Part shown: positions 36,969-44,352 of the stretch, piece after piece
Layout: each line of letters opens with the position of its first letter
Numbering within the stretch: the first letter of the stretch is position 1
DNA from: an uncultured Eubacteriales bacterium
GTDB taxonomy: Bacteria; Bacillota; Clostridia; Peptostreptococcales; Anaerovoracaceae
Assembly (NCBI GenBank): GCA_902803725.1
Contig: CADCRD010000006.1
Coordinates: 1-44,352 of the forward strand
Direction: 5' to 3'
Length of the DNA stretch: 44,352 nt
The notes under the pieces: generated by a model
Database searches by the model: none
Seen by the model: only the letters and a program-made list of their open reading frames with translations
Told to the model about the DNA's origin: nothing
Translations under genes and position numbers: made by a program

Positions 36969-37000
36969 CTTCAGATCTGACATGACAGAAAGGGAAAAGA

Positions 37001-37963
37001 ATGAAGACAGGAATATTGTTTGCAGGGCAGGGAAGTCAGCATCCCGGAATGGGAAAGGATCTTTATGAAAGTTTTCCGGCATTCAGAAAAGCATTCGATG
37101 CACTGACTGAGCAGGAAAGGCAGGCGGCTTTTGAAGGGCCGGAAAGTGAACTGGTCAGGACCGAGATCACTCAGCCTGTATTGCTGGCCTTTGCAGCAGG
37201 AGTATATAACATTTTAAGAGAAGAGATCCCGGGCTTTGCGCCTGATATGGCAGCAGGATTGAGTCTGGGCGAATACTCAGCATTGACTGCAGCAGGTGTT
37301 TTCGATTTTGAAACAGCGTTGGATCTGATAAGGCTGAGAGGACGGCTGATGGCCCGGCAGGCCGAAGGGACAAATGCAGTCATGAGCGCTGTGATAGGAA
37401 TGGAGCGCGGGCAGCTTAAAGAATTTGTTGAAAGAGCCGGCAGAGATGTCAGCAAATCATCTTCTGTGACGGATGAAGGACACGAATTCGTTGAAATAGC
37501 GAACTATAACTGCCCGGGACAGATAGTTATTTCCGGAAGTGAAAGAGCAGTGGCATACTGCGAAAAACTCATTACAGAAAGCGGAGCAGGAAAAGCTATA
37601 AGACTGGCGGTAGGCGGTCCTTTCCACACATCCTGCATGAAGCCGGTGGGCGATGCTCTGGCAGAAAAATTCAAAGAGATACAATTCGGAGAAATGAGTT
37701 TTCCGGTTCTGTTCAACTATACGGGAGATATAAAGAAAGATGATATGACTATCCGGGAACTTCTCAGTCGTCAGGTATACAGCAGTGTCATGTTCGAGGA
37801 CACTATCATGAATATGAGCAGAAACGGAATAGAGCAGATCATAGAGGTCGGACCGGGAAAGACGCTTTCCGGATTCGTCAGAAAGACTGACAGAAAAATA
37901 AAGACTATGAAAGCGGAGAATATCGGTGACATCGAAAAAATAATCGCGGAATACAAATGCTGA
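37001..37963 (+). CDS. fabD: Malonyl-CoA:ACP transacylase
   Basis: 320 aa. Active-site GLSLGEYSAL. Arg in RLRGRLM. His in GGPFHTSCM. Confidence 0.93.
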   Translation: MKTGILFAGQGSQHPGMGKDLYESFPAFRKAFDALTEQERQAAFEGPESELVRTEITQPVLLAFAAGVYNILREEIPGFAPDMAAGLSLGEYSALTAAGVFDFETALDLIRLRGRLMARQAEGTNAVMSAVIGMERGQLKEFVERAGRDVSKSSSVTDEGHEFVEIANYNCPGQIVISGSERAVAYCEKLITESGAGKAIRLAVGGPFHTSCMKPVGDALAEKFKEIQFGEMSFPVLFNYTGDIKKDDMTIRELLSRQVYSSVMFEDTIMNMSRNGIEQIIEVGPGKTLSGFVRKTDRKIKTMKAENIGDIEKIIAEYKC

Positions 37964-37994
37964 AGAAAATCTTGTTCTAATTGATGCTTATGAA

Positions 37995-38016
37995 TGTTGT
38001 GCCCATGGTCACAACA
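37995..38016. repeat. 22-bp near-perfect palindrome or hairpin in the fabD-fabG spacer
   Basis: TGTTGTG-CCCATGGT-CACAACA. 7-bp arms at 37995-38001 and 38010-38016. The centre contains CCATGG. 20 of 22 positions are self-complementary. Confidence 0.6.
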
Positions 38017-38108
38017 TGGATACAAATAAGGAAAACGACAGCGAACCCGCGATTCGCCACAATGCGAGAAGTATAAAAGGAAACAGAGAAACGGTAAGGG
38101 AAACGAAA

Positions 38109-38879
38109 ATGAATGAAAATGAAATGAAGAAAAATGTTAAGGAAACAAGAGATGCGGCCGTGGTCACCGGTGCAGGCCGGGGAATAGGAAGAGCAATAGC
38201 CGTAAAACTGGCAGAGAAGGGATGCGATGTCGTGATCAATTACTCTTCCGGCAAGACAGCTGCAGAGGAGACTGCAAAGCTGTGTGAGGAAAGAGGTGCG
38301 AAGACGGTCATCGTTCAGGGAAACGTAGCTGAACCGGAAGACTGCAGCAGGATAATCGACGCTGCAAAAGAAGCATTTGGCAGGATCGATATCCTCGTAA
38401 ACAATGCAGGGATCACACGCGACAATATTCTGATGAGGATGACAGAAAAGGATTTTCAGGATGTCATCGATGTTGATATGACAGGTGTGTTCAATATGAT
38501 GAAAGCCGCAGCACCGGTAATGATCCGTAAAAGATATGGCAGGATCATCAATATCGCTTCTGTTTCAGGGATCATGGGGAATCCGGGACAGACGAATTAC
38601 AGTGCCGCAAAAGCCGGAGTGATCGGTATGACAAAAGCTTATGCCAGAGAGGTTGCTTCAAGAAATATAACGGTGAATGCTGTTGCACCCGGAATGGTAA
38701 AAACGGATATGACAGATGCCATGCCTGAAAAGGCAGTCCAAAGCATGATCTCACAGATACCGGCCGGCAGGATCGGGACCCCGCAGGACATTGCCGGAGC
38801 AGTCGCTTTTCTCGCAGACAGAGACACCAGTTATATCACAGGTCATACTATTTGCGTGGACGGCGGAATGTGCATGTAA
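38109..38879 (+). CDS. fabG: 3-oxoacyl-ACP reductase
   Basis: SDR motifs TGAGRGIG, NNAG and YSAAKAG. ATG 38109 has an AAGGGA SD. Alternative starts are at 38124 and 38016, and the latter lacks an SD. Confidence 0.9.
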   Translation: MNENEMKKNVKETRDAAVVTGAGRGIGRAIAVKLAEKGCDVVINYSSGKTAAEETAKLCEERGAKTVIVQGNVAEPEDCSRIIDAAKEAFGRIDILVNNAGITRDNILMRMTEKDFQDVIDVDMTGVFNMMKAAAPVMIRKRYGRIINIASVSGIMGNPGQTNYSAAKAGVIGMTKAYAREVASRNITVNAVAPGMVKTDMTDAMPEKAVQSMISQIPAGRIGTPQDIAGAVAFLADRDTSYITGHTICVDGGMCM

Positions 38880-38957
38880 GAATTGCCGATGTTGGTCAAA
38901 ATGAATCGATCAGGACGAGTTGAAAGGAAATAAACCGGGAGGTCAAATAGAAAACCA

Positions 38958-40193
38958 ATGGAGAAGAAAAGAGTAGTAATAACCGGAATGGGTGCAATAT
39001 CTCCCATAGGAAACAGCGCATATGAGATGTGTGATAATGCATTCTCAGGAGTCGGAGGAATAGCGCCCTTAACGCTGATAGACACGACAGACAGAAAGGT
39101 CAAGGTTGCCGCCGAAGTGAAGGGTTTTGATCCTGCGTCGGTAATGACGAAGATGGAAGCCCGCAGGACAGCAAGGTTCGCGCAGTTTGCGGTTGCAGCA
39201 GCAGATGAAGCTTTAAGGCAGAGCGGAGTCGACATCAAGGATGAAGATCCGGCGCGATGCTGTGTCTATATTTCCAGCGGCATAGGAGGACTGAAAACTA
39301 TCGAAACTGAATATGAAAGAGGCAAAAGACGCGGATTTGATTCAGTTTCACCATTGTTCATTCCTATGTGCATATCTAATATGGCGGCAGGGCTTGTAGC
39401 TATCAGACTGGGTTTTCAGGGCAGCTCCAGCTGTATTGTGACGGCTTGCGCATCGGGAAACAATGCGATAGGCGAAGCTTTTCGCGCTTTGCGTGACGGT
39501 TATGCGGATGTGATCTGTGCCGGCGGCAGTGAAAGCAGTATAACGGATCTCGGCGTTGGCGGTTTTGCCTCAATGAGAGCAGTAAGCACATCTGACGATC
39601 CCGAACGCGCATGTATCCCGTTCGACAAGGAAAGAGAAGGCTTCGTAATGGGCGAGGGTGCCGGAGTATTGATGCTGGAAACATACGACCATGCTGTGAA
39701 AAGAGGAGCAAAGATATTAGGCGAGATAACAGGATACGGCGTTGGATGTGATGCACATCACATGACAGCCCCGCTTGAGGATGGCTCGGGAGCTGCCAGA
39801 ACCATGCAGGATGCACTGGACGATGCAGGGATCACAGCTGATCAGATCGCTTATATCAATGCTCATGGAACAGGCACACCGATGAATGATGCCAGCGAAA
39901 CAAGGGCAGTCAAAAAGGTCTTTGGCAGTTCAGCCGAAAAACTCGTGATGTCATCGACAAAATCAATGACAGGACATACGCTGGGTGCGTCAGGCGCAAT
40001 TGAAGCGATCATTACAGCCGAGGCACTTCATCGTCAGGTGGCCCCTCCTACGATCAACTACAAAGTCCCCGATCCCGAGTGTGATATCGACAAAGCTGCG
40101 AATGCTGCAAAGTCACTCGAAATGGAATATGCGATGAGCAATTCATTCGGATTTGGAGGACACAATGCTTCGCTGATATTCAGGAGAGTCTGA
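38958..40193 (+). CDS. fabF: 3-oxoacyl-ACP synthase II
   Basis: 411 aa. Cys in TACASGNNAIG. His in DAHHMTAP and NAHGTGTP. Lys in SSTKSMTGH. Confidence 0.95.
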   Translation: MEKKRVVITGMGAISPIGNSAYEMCDNAFSGVGGIAPLTLIDTTDRKVKVAAEVKGFDPASVMTKMEARRTARFAQFAVAAADEALRQSGVDIKDEDPARCCVYISSGIGGLKTIETEYERGKRRGFDSVSPLFIPMCISNMAAGLVAIRLGFQGSSSCIVTACASGNNAIGEAFRALRDGYADVICAGGSESSITDLGVGGFASMRAVSTSDDPERACIPFDKEREGFVMGEGAGVLMLETYDHAVKRGAKILGEITGYGVGCDAHHMTAPLEDGSGAARTMQDALDDAGITADQIAYINAHGTGTPMNDASETRAVKKVFGSSAEKLVMSSTKSMTGHTLGASGAIEAIITAEALHRQVAPPTINYKVPDPECDIDKAANAAKSLEMEYAMSNSFGFGGHNASLIFRRV

Positions 40194-40250
40194 TCCTGCG
40201 CAGCAAAACAGTTAATTAGTGCTGAATTATTATTTTGACGGAGATTTCAA

Positions 40251-40679
40251 ATGGAACTTGATATAAATGAAATAAAAAAGATATTGCCGCACAGATATCC
40301 GTTCCTGCTGGTCGACAGGATCACGGAACTTGAGCCGGGAAAGAGTGCCAGAGGGATCAAATGTGTATCGGCAAACGAAATGCAGTTCATGGGACATTTC
40401 CCCGATTATCCGGTAATGCCCGGAGTGCTGGTGCTGGAAGCTATGGCGCAGACCGGTGCTGTGGCCATTCTCGTGAGCGAAGAGTACAGAGGAAAGATCG
40501 CTCTGTTTGGCGGCGTAAATAAATGCAGATTCAGGAAGGAAGTCATGCCGGGCGATGTTCTGGAGCTTTTCTGTGAGATCAGTGCGGTGAGAGGGCCTGT
40601 CGGATTCGGAAAGGCCAGGGCGACGGTAAACGGAGAAACAGCAGCTGAGGCGGAACTGTCATTTGTTATTAAGGCGTGA
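40251..40679 (+). CDS. fabZ: 3-hydroxyacyl-ACP dehydratase
   Basis: 142 aa. [13 protein letters not shown] and [19 protein letters not shown]. Confidence 0.93.
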   Translation: MELDINEIKKILPHRYPFLLVDRITELEPGKSARGIKCVSANEMQFMGHFPDYPVMPGVLVLEAMAQTGAVAILVSEEYRGKIALFGGVNKCRFRKEVMPGDVLELFCEISAVRGPVGFGKARATVNGETAAEAELSFVIKA

Positions 40680-40714
40680 GTTTGATATAATACTGTACAA
40701 GAGGAGTAAGTTTA

Positions 40715-41233
40715 ATGCTGGAAAGAAACTTTGGCAGAGTGTACAACAAGTTTAAACTTCATCTGTACAGTCAGATACTGCGAGATGTAGATGATAGCGA
40801 AGATGAAATTCTTTCGGTTCAGGAAGTTGTTTATCTGGAAATCATCACTGCACTGCGTCATCCGACTGTAAATGATTTTGCTCATTTTGCCAAACTGTCC
40901 GGGCCGAATGCGGCGTACCGTGTAAACAGGCTGATCAGAAAAGGATATATCCAGAAGATCCAGTCGACACGGGACAAGAGAGAATATCATCTGATCCCGA
41001 CCCCTAAATATAAAAAGAATTACGGTTCAGCACTGAATTACATAAACGTAGTTTCCGACCGGATGCGAGAGCGGTTTTCCGAAGAGGAAATCGAAAGCTT
41101 TGATAAGATGCTCGCAACAGTCGGCACTGAGCTGATGCCGGAGATGCACAGCCTCAATACGAACAGATTCGATCCGGATAAGACTAAAAAATCAAGTAAT
41201 GAGAAAGAGAAAAAAGAACTGCCGGGTGAATAG
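40715..41233 (+). CDS. MarR-family transcriptional regulator (candidate fab operon regulator, FabT-like by context)
   Basis: 172 aa. Winged-HTH core VNDFAHFAKLSGPNAAYRVNRLIRKGYIQKIQSTRDKREYHL. Lys/Glu-rich C-terminal tail. Last gene of the fab operon, with an AGAGGAG SD. Confidence 0.8.
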   Translation: MLERNFGRVYNKFKLHLYSQILRDVDDSEDEILSVQEVVYLEIITALRHPTVNDFAHFAKLSGPNAAYRVNRLIRKGYIQKIQSTRDKREYHLIPTPKYKKNYGSALNYINVVSDRMRERFSEEEIESFDKMLATVGTELMPEMHSLNTNRFDPDKTKKSSNEKEKKELPGE

Positions 41234-41246
41234 GCAGTTCTTTTTA
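41214..41246 (+). terminator. Rho-independent terminator of the fab operon
   Basis: AAGAACTGCC (41214-41223) pairs perfectly with GGCAGTTCTT (41233-41242). 9-nt loop containing the MarR stop codon, then TTTA. Confidence 0.8.
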
Positions 41247-41452
41247 TTATCATCAGTCAAGGGCTTTTTTCAGTACTTCAAGGTTACTTTTCATGACTGA
41301 GAGATAATCATGATCGCCATCTGCTGAAACAATATGATTGAAAGGGTAAAGAAAAGACATTCTTATCATTGAAAACTGTGCGGTTATGTGGCAATATTTC
41401 TTTGAAAACGCATTCACTTAAGTAAATTTGCCATGTTTGCAGGAGAAGGATT

Positions 41453-43219
41453 TTGATCAAAACACTATTCAGTTATTTCAGACCGCACATCAGGATATTC
41501 GCACTGGATATGTTCTGTGCCATAATGGTTGCTGCAGTCGATCTGGCATTTCCTCTGGTATCAAGAAAAGCGATGTATGATCTGCTGCCGGAAAAGCAGT
41601 ACCGGATTTTCTTCGTTCTGATGATCTTCGTGGCTGTCTTTTATCTGTTGCGCTCGTTATGCTATTACATCATGACGTACTGGGGGCATACCTTTGGCAT
41701 TCGGGTAGAAGCAGACATCAGAGAGGCACTGTTCATTCATATGCAGGAACTGGACTTTGAGTTTTACGACCGCAACCGCACCGGAAAACTGATGAACCGT
41801 CTGACAGGCGATCTGTTCGAGATAACAGAGCTGGCGCACCACGGACCGGAGGATCTGCTGATCTCGATCCTCACGATAGCAGGTGCGCTTGTCTGCATGT
41901 TCGTGATCGAATGGAGACTGGCGATCGTAGTTGCCGTACTGATCCCGATATTTCTTATCATCGTCATGAAAAACCGGCGAGATATGTCAGGCGCGTCGGT
42001 GAATGTCAAAAGGACGATGGCCGATATCAACTCCGAGATCGAATCGAGGATCTCGGGTATCAGGACATCAAAAGCATTCGCCAATGAGGATGTGGATCAG
42101 GAAAGATTTGAAGAATCGAACGATGTGTTCAAAGGTGCAAAGAAGGATTATTACAGAGCAATGGGCAGGTTTAACGCCAGCCAGGAATTCTTCATGTGCA
42201 TAATGCCGGTCTGCGTGATCGCATTTGGCGGCTGGCTTATCATGAAGGGCGAACTTAATTATATAGATCTGATAACATTCACTTTGTTTGTCAGTGCATT
42301 CATTAATCCGATCAGAAAAATGTCCAACTTTGCCGAGATATTCACAAACGGCACAGCCGGTCTTAAAAGATTCATGGAAGTCATGGCGGTAAAGCCCAAG
42401 GTCAGAGAAAAGCCTGATGCCAGGGAGATGGTTGTCTGTGAAGGCAGCATCGAGCTGAAAAATGTTTCGTTTGCTTATAACACCGGAAATGGCGGGCGCA
42501 ATGTCAAATCACAGGGGCAGGACATCGGCGATATGAGCGGTGAGGTGCTGCACGAGATCAGCATTTCCGTTAAAGGCGGGGAGACGGCCGCATTCGTCGG
42601 ACAGTCGGGCGGAGGAAAGACGACGCTCTGCCAGTTGATCCCCAGATTTTATGATGTTACGGACGGTGCGATCCTGATAGACGGAATGGATGTCAGGGAC
42701 GCCACAAAGGCTTCTTTGAGACGCAGCGTCGGTATCGTTCAGCAGGATGTGTTCATATTTGCTGATACAATACTGGAAAACATCAGGTATGGCAGACCCG
42801 GCGCCACATATGAAGAGGTGATAAGAGCTGCGAAGATGGCGGAGATATACGATGATATCATGGAAATGCCTGATCAGTTTAATACATATGTGGGTGAGCG
42901 GGGAACCAGACTTTCAGGCGGACAAAAGCAGAGAATATCCATTGCCAGGATAATACTGAAAGATCCTAAGATCCTCATCCTCGATGAAGCAACATCGGCG
43001 CTGGACACAATAACCGAAGAAAAGATCCAGGGAGCCTTTGACCGGCTCAGAGAAGGCAGAACGACTCTGGTGATCGCGCACAGACTGTCCACCATACGTG
43101 ATGCTGACAGGATATTTGTTATAGAAGGCGGTCGCGTCGCTGAAGAAGGAACACACAAGGAACTGATCGAAAAAGGCGGTGAATATGCAAAACTGCATGA
43201 AAGTTCATTCAGAGAATGA
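41453..43219 (+). CDS. ABC exporter, fused permease and ATPase (type I exporter, MsbA/ABCB-like half transporter)
   Basis: 588 aa. TTG start at 41453 with AGGAGAAGGA SD. Six-TM domain. Walker A GQSGGGKTT, signature LSGGQKQR, Walker B ILILDEATSALD, H-loop IAHRLS. An insert of about 20 aa (NTGNGGRNVKSQGQDIGDMSG) precedes the NBD core. Confidence 0.9.
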   Translation: MIKTLFSYFRPHIRIFALDMFCAIMVAAVDLAFPLVSRKAMYDLLPEKQYRIFFVLMIFVAVFYLLRSLCYYIMTYWGHTFGIRVEADIREALFIHMQELDFEFYDRNRTGKLMNRLTGDLFEITELAHHGPEDLLISILTIAGALVCMFVIEWRLAIVVAVLIPIFLIIVMKNRRDMSGASVNVKRTMADINSEIESRISGIRTSKAFANEDVDQERFEESNDVFKGAKKDYYRAMGRFNASQEFFMCIMPVCVIAFGGWLIMKGELNYIDLITFTLFVSAFINPIRKMSNFAEIFTNGTAGLKRFMEVMAVKPKVREKPDAREMVVCEGSIELKNVSFAYNTGNGGRNVKSQGQDIGDMSGEVLHEISISVKGGETAAFVGQSGGGKTTLCQLIPRFYDVTDGAILIDGMDVRDATKASLRRSVGIVQQDVFIFADTILENIRYGRPGATYEEVIRAAKMAEIYDDIMEMPDQFNTYVGERGTRLSGGQKQRISIARIILKDPKILILDEATSALDTITEEKIQGAFDRLREGRTTLVIAHRLSTIRDADRIFVIEGGRVAEEGTHKELIEKGGEYAKLHESSFRE

Positions 43220-43309
43220 TCCCTGAAAGCTGAGCCGGCTCAGATGTATCAGGAAAATGCGCGTGAGAAGCTCCGAAAAGACGGAGATGGATTTTTTCTT
43301 AAAAAGTGT

Positions 43310-43337
43310 TTGACAAATGAAAGAAGCGGTATATAAT
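43310..43337 (+). promoter_or_regulatory. Sigma-70-type promoter of the DUF3793 gene (TTGACA-16nt-TATAAT)
   Basis: TTGACA at 43310-43315 and TATAAT at 43332-43337. Confidence 0.55.
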
Positions 43338-43344
43338 AAACACA

Positions 43345-43360
43345 GTTAGTAATAACTAAC
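43345..43360. promoter_or_regulatory. GTTAG-N6-CTAAC inverted repeat, copy 1 (candidate operator at about +1)
   Basis: GTTAG TAATAA CTAAC, starting 7 nt after the -10 hexamer. Confidence 0.5.
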
Positions 43361-43466
43361 CAGTGCGGACAGTATAATGAATGCGTAAATAATTCAAGTT
43401 TATAAACGCTGCACGACATATGCCATATAAGGCGGCCTGAAAGGGCTGCCAAATATACAGCATGAA

Positions 43467-43482
43467 GTTAGTGAGCGCTAAC
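43467..43482. promoter_or_regulatory. GTTAG-N6-CTAAC inverted repeat, copy 2 (in the DUF3793 leader)
   Basis: GTTAG TGAGCG CTAAC, 52 nt upstream of the DUF3793 ATG. Confidence 0.5.
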
Positions 43483-43534
43483 TAAATCATAAAGATATAG
43501 GGCCGGAAATCAGAATAGAAAGTTGAGATAGATA

Positions 43535-44143
43535 ATGTCTGAAGAATTACTGATAAGACATTGTTCGCCGACACTGGCAGGCCTTAAGACAGCCAACCTG
43601 TTCAACTGCGGATATAAGACAGAAGAAGAACTGAAAGAGTACCTACACCTGATAAATATAAAACTTTCAGACAAAGGAGTCCGGGTGATGCCTCTGAAAT
43701 ACAGTGATAACAAGGCACTTATCTATCTGTTCCGTCCTGAAAAACTGGAAGAAGACCTGGCTGATGAAGAGGCTTTGAAACTGCTGAAAGATGCAGGATA
43801 TGAAGCGGAGTGCTGCCTGGGGTACGGCGGACAGGGAACACAGTGTGCGGGAAAATACTGCCCCGGGCTGGGCAAATGTCTGGCTCACCTGATGGACAGG
43901 CTCAGGACATCACAAAGTTTTCCTCATGAGATAGGACTGTTCCTGGGGTATCCTCCTGAAGACGTAAAAGGTTTTCTGGACAAAGACAACAAAAAATGCA
44001 AATGTGTCGGCGCCTGGAAGGTGTTCGGCGATGAAGAAAAGGCGAAAAAGAAATTCGCGCAATACAAGAAATGCAATTCTGTATACAGCAGACTATACGC
44101 AGAGGGAAGACCGGTCGAAAAACTGACGGTCTCAGTAAAATAA
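43535..44143 (+). CDS. DUF3793-family protein
   Basis: 202 aa. By recall, family-typical N-terminus LIRHCSPTLAGLKTANLF and C-terminal FPHEIGLFLGYPPEDVKGF...CKCVGAWKVFGD. Cys-rich central segment. Weak SD. Confidence 0.8.
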   Translation: MSEELLIRHCSPTLAGLKTANLFNCGYKTEEELKEYLHLINIKLSDKGVRVMPLKYSDNKALIYLFRPEKLEEDLADEEALKLLKDAGYEAECCLGYGGQGTQCAGKYCPGLGKCLAHLMDRLRTSQSFPHEIGLFLGYPPEDVKGFLDKDNKKCKCVGAWKVFGDEEKAKKKFAQYKKCNSVYSRLYAEGRPVEKLTVSVK

Positions 44144-44264
44144 TAATCAGCTATCAGGAGGTGCCGGGAAAAACAGACCCGCAGACCTCTCGATCATAAA
44201 AAAACACGCTAACTAAACAAATTATCATAACCTTTCCTCCAAGATAATATTGATATTGACACTT

Positions 44265-44294
44265 AAAACTGCTGCTGATGATCGCAGCAGTTTT
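44265..44294. terminator. Bidirectional-looking rho-independent terminator
   Basis: AAAA-CTGCTGC (44269-44275) pairs with GCAGCAG (44284-44290), followed by TTTT. 8-nt loop. Confidence 0.7.
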
Positions 44295-44303
44295 AAATTA
44301 CTG

Positions 44304-44331
44304 TTGACAAAGCGACCGGAAATTATATAAT
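44304..44331 (+). promoter_or_regulatory. Sigma-70-type promoter reading out of the window (TTGACA-16nt-TATAAT)
   Basis: TTGACA at 44304-44309 and TATAAT at 44326-44331. Confidence 0.55.
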
Positions 44332-44334
44332 TGG

Positions 44335-44350
44335 GTTAGAAAAGGCTAAC
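44335..44350. promoter_or_regulatory. GTTAG-N6-CTAAC inverted repeat, copy 3 (candidate operator at about +1)
   Basis: GTTAG AAAAGG CTAAC, starting 3 nt after the -10 hexamer. The window ends 2 nt later. Confidence 0.5.
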
Positions 44351-44352
44351 TA

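Noticed and set aside
38016-38108. 31-codon N-terminal extension of FabG from ATG 38016.
   Set aside because: It has no SD, and the ATG is part of the palindrome arm. The extension is hydrophilic low-complexity sequence not expected in FabG. ATG 38109 has an AAGGGA SD and gives a normal-length SDR.
41253-41360. 35-codon minus-strand ORF (MSFLYPFNHIVSADGDHDYLSVMKSNLEVLKKALD) between the fab terminator and the ABC exporter. It looks like the C-terminal end of a globular protein, so it could be a gene remnant.
   Set aside because: It has no SD and no promoter, and it is too short to assign. At best it is a decayed fragment. A translated search (tblastn or blastx) would be needed to support a pseudogene call.
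44154-44228. 24-codon minus-strand ORF (MIICLVSVFFYDREVCGSVFPGTS) with an excellent GGAGGAAAGG SD 7 nt upstream. Considered as a type I toxin-like or small membrane peptide.
   Set aside because: It has no credible promoter and sits immediately downstream of the 44265-44294 terminator hairpin on that strand. The hydrophobic stretch is only about 11 residues, too short for a TM helix. Left as unsupported.
1-44352. Scanned intergenic regions and the ORF list for tRNA or rRNA genes, CRISPR repeats, transposases, integrases, toxin-antitoxin pairs, restriction-modification or other defence genes.
   Set aside because: I recognised none. The only methyltransferase (14884-16011) has a THUMP domain typical of RNA, not DNA, modification enzymes. 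A proper tRNAscan, Infernal and defence-system HMM scan would be needed to make this a firm negative.

Overview
The window reads as a chromosomal segment of a low-to-mid GC Gram-positive anaerobe. My inference is Bacillota, class Clostridia, possibly a Lachnospiraceae- or Oscillospiraceae-like gut or rumen organism. This rests on gene content and synteny only; no database search was possible. It is dominated by core housekeeping genes. In order: an OmpR-type two-component pair (minus strand), a CYTH protein, and the conserved tig-clpP-clpX-lon-engB block. Then hpt, a monocistronic secreted protein of unknown function, a two-gene SufC/SufB-type Fe-S assembly pair, mreB and a THUMP RNA methyltransferase. 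Then carAB, secG, a membrane pyrophosphatase (hppA), an Fe-S aldo/keto reductase and a trkA-trkH-trkH operon (minus strand). Then an FlK-like hotdog thioesterase and an MBL::HAD fusion protein. A 10-kb, 12-gene fatty-acid synthesis operon follows (acpP-accBCDA-fabH-fabK-fabD-fabG-fabF-fabZ plus a MarR-type regulator), then an ABC exporter and a DUF3793 gene. By eye I saw no rRNA, tRNA, CRISPR array, IS or transposase, integrase or prophage genes, so this is not an obvious accessory island. I could not identify a clear multi-gene novel system. The observations most worth a second look are these. (1) carA has lost the glutaminase nucleophile Cys and other active-site residues. (2) A GTTAG-N6-CTAAC inverted repeat occurs three times within 1 kb, twice directly downstream of near-consensus promoters around the DUF3793 gene. 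(3) The orphan secreted basic protein has its own promoter and terminator. (4) The Fe-S pair is a minimal SufC/SufB-like system. (5) The MBL::HAD fusion sits next to a thioesterase. (6) A 22-bp palindrome lies in an atypically long spacer inside the fab operon. All coordinates were derived by hand from the printed sequence.
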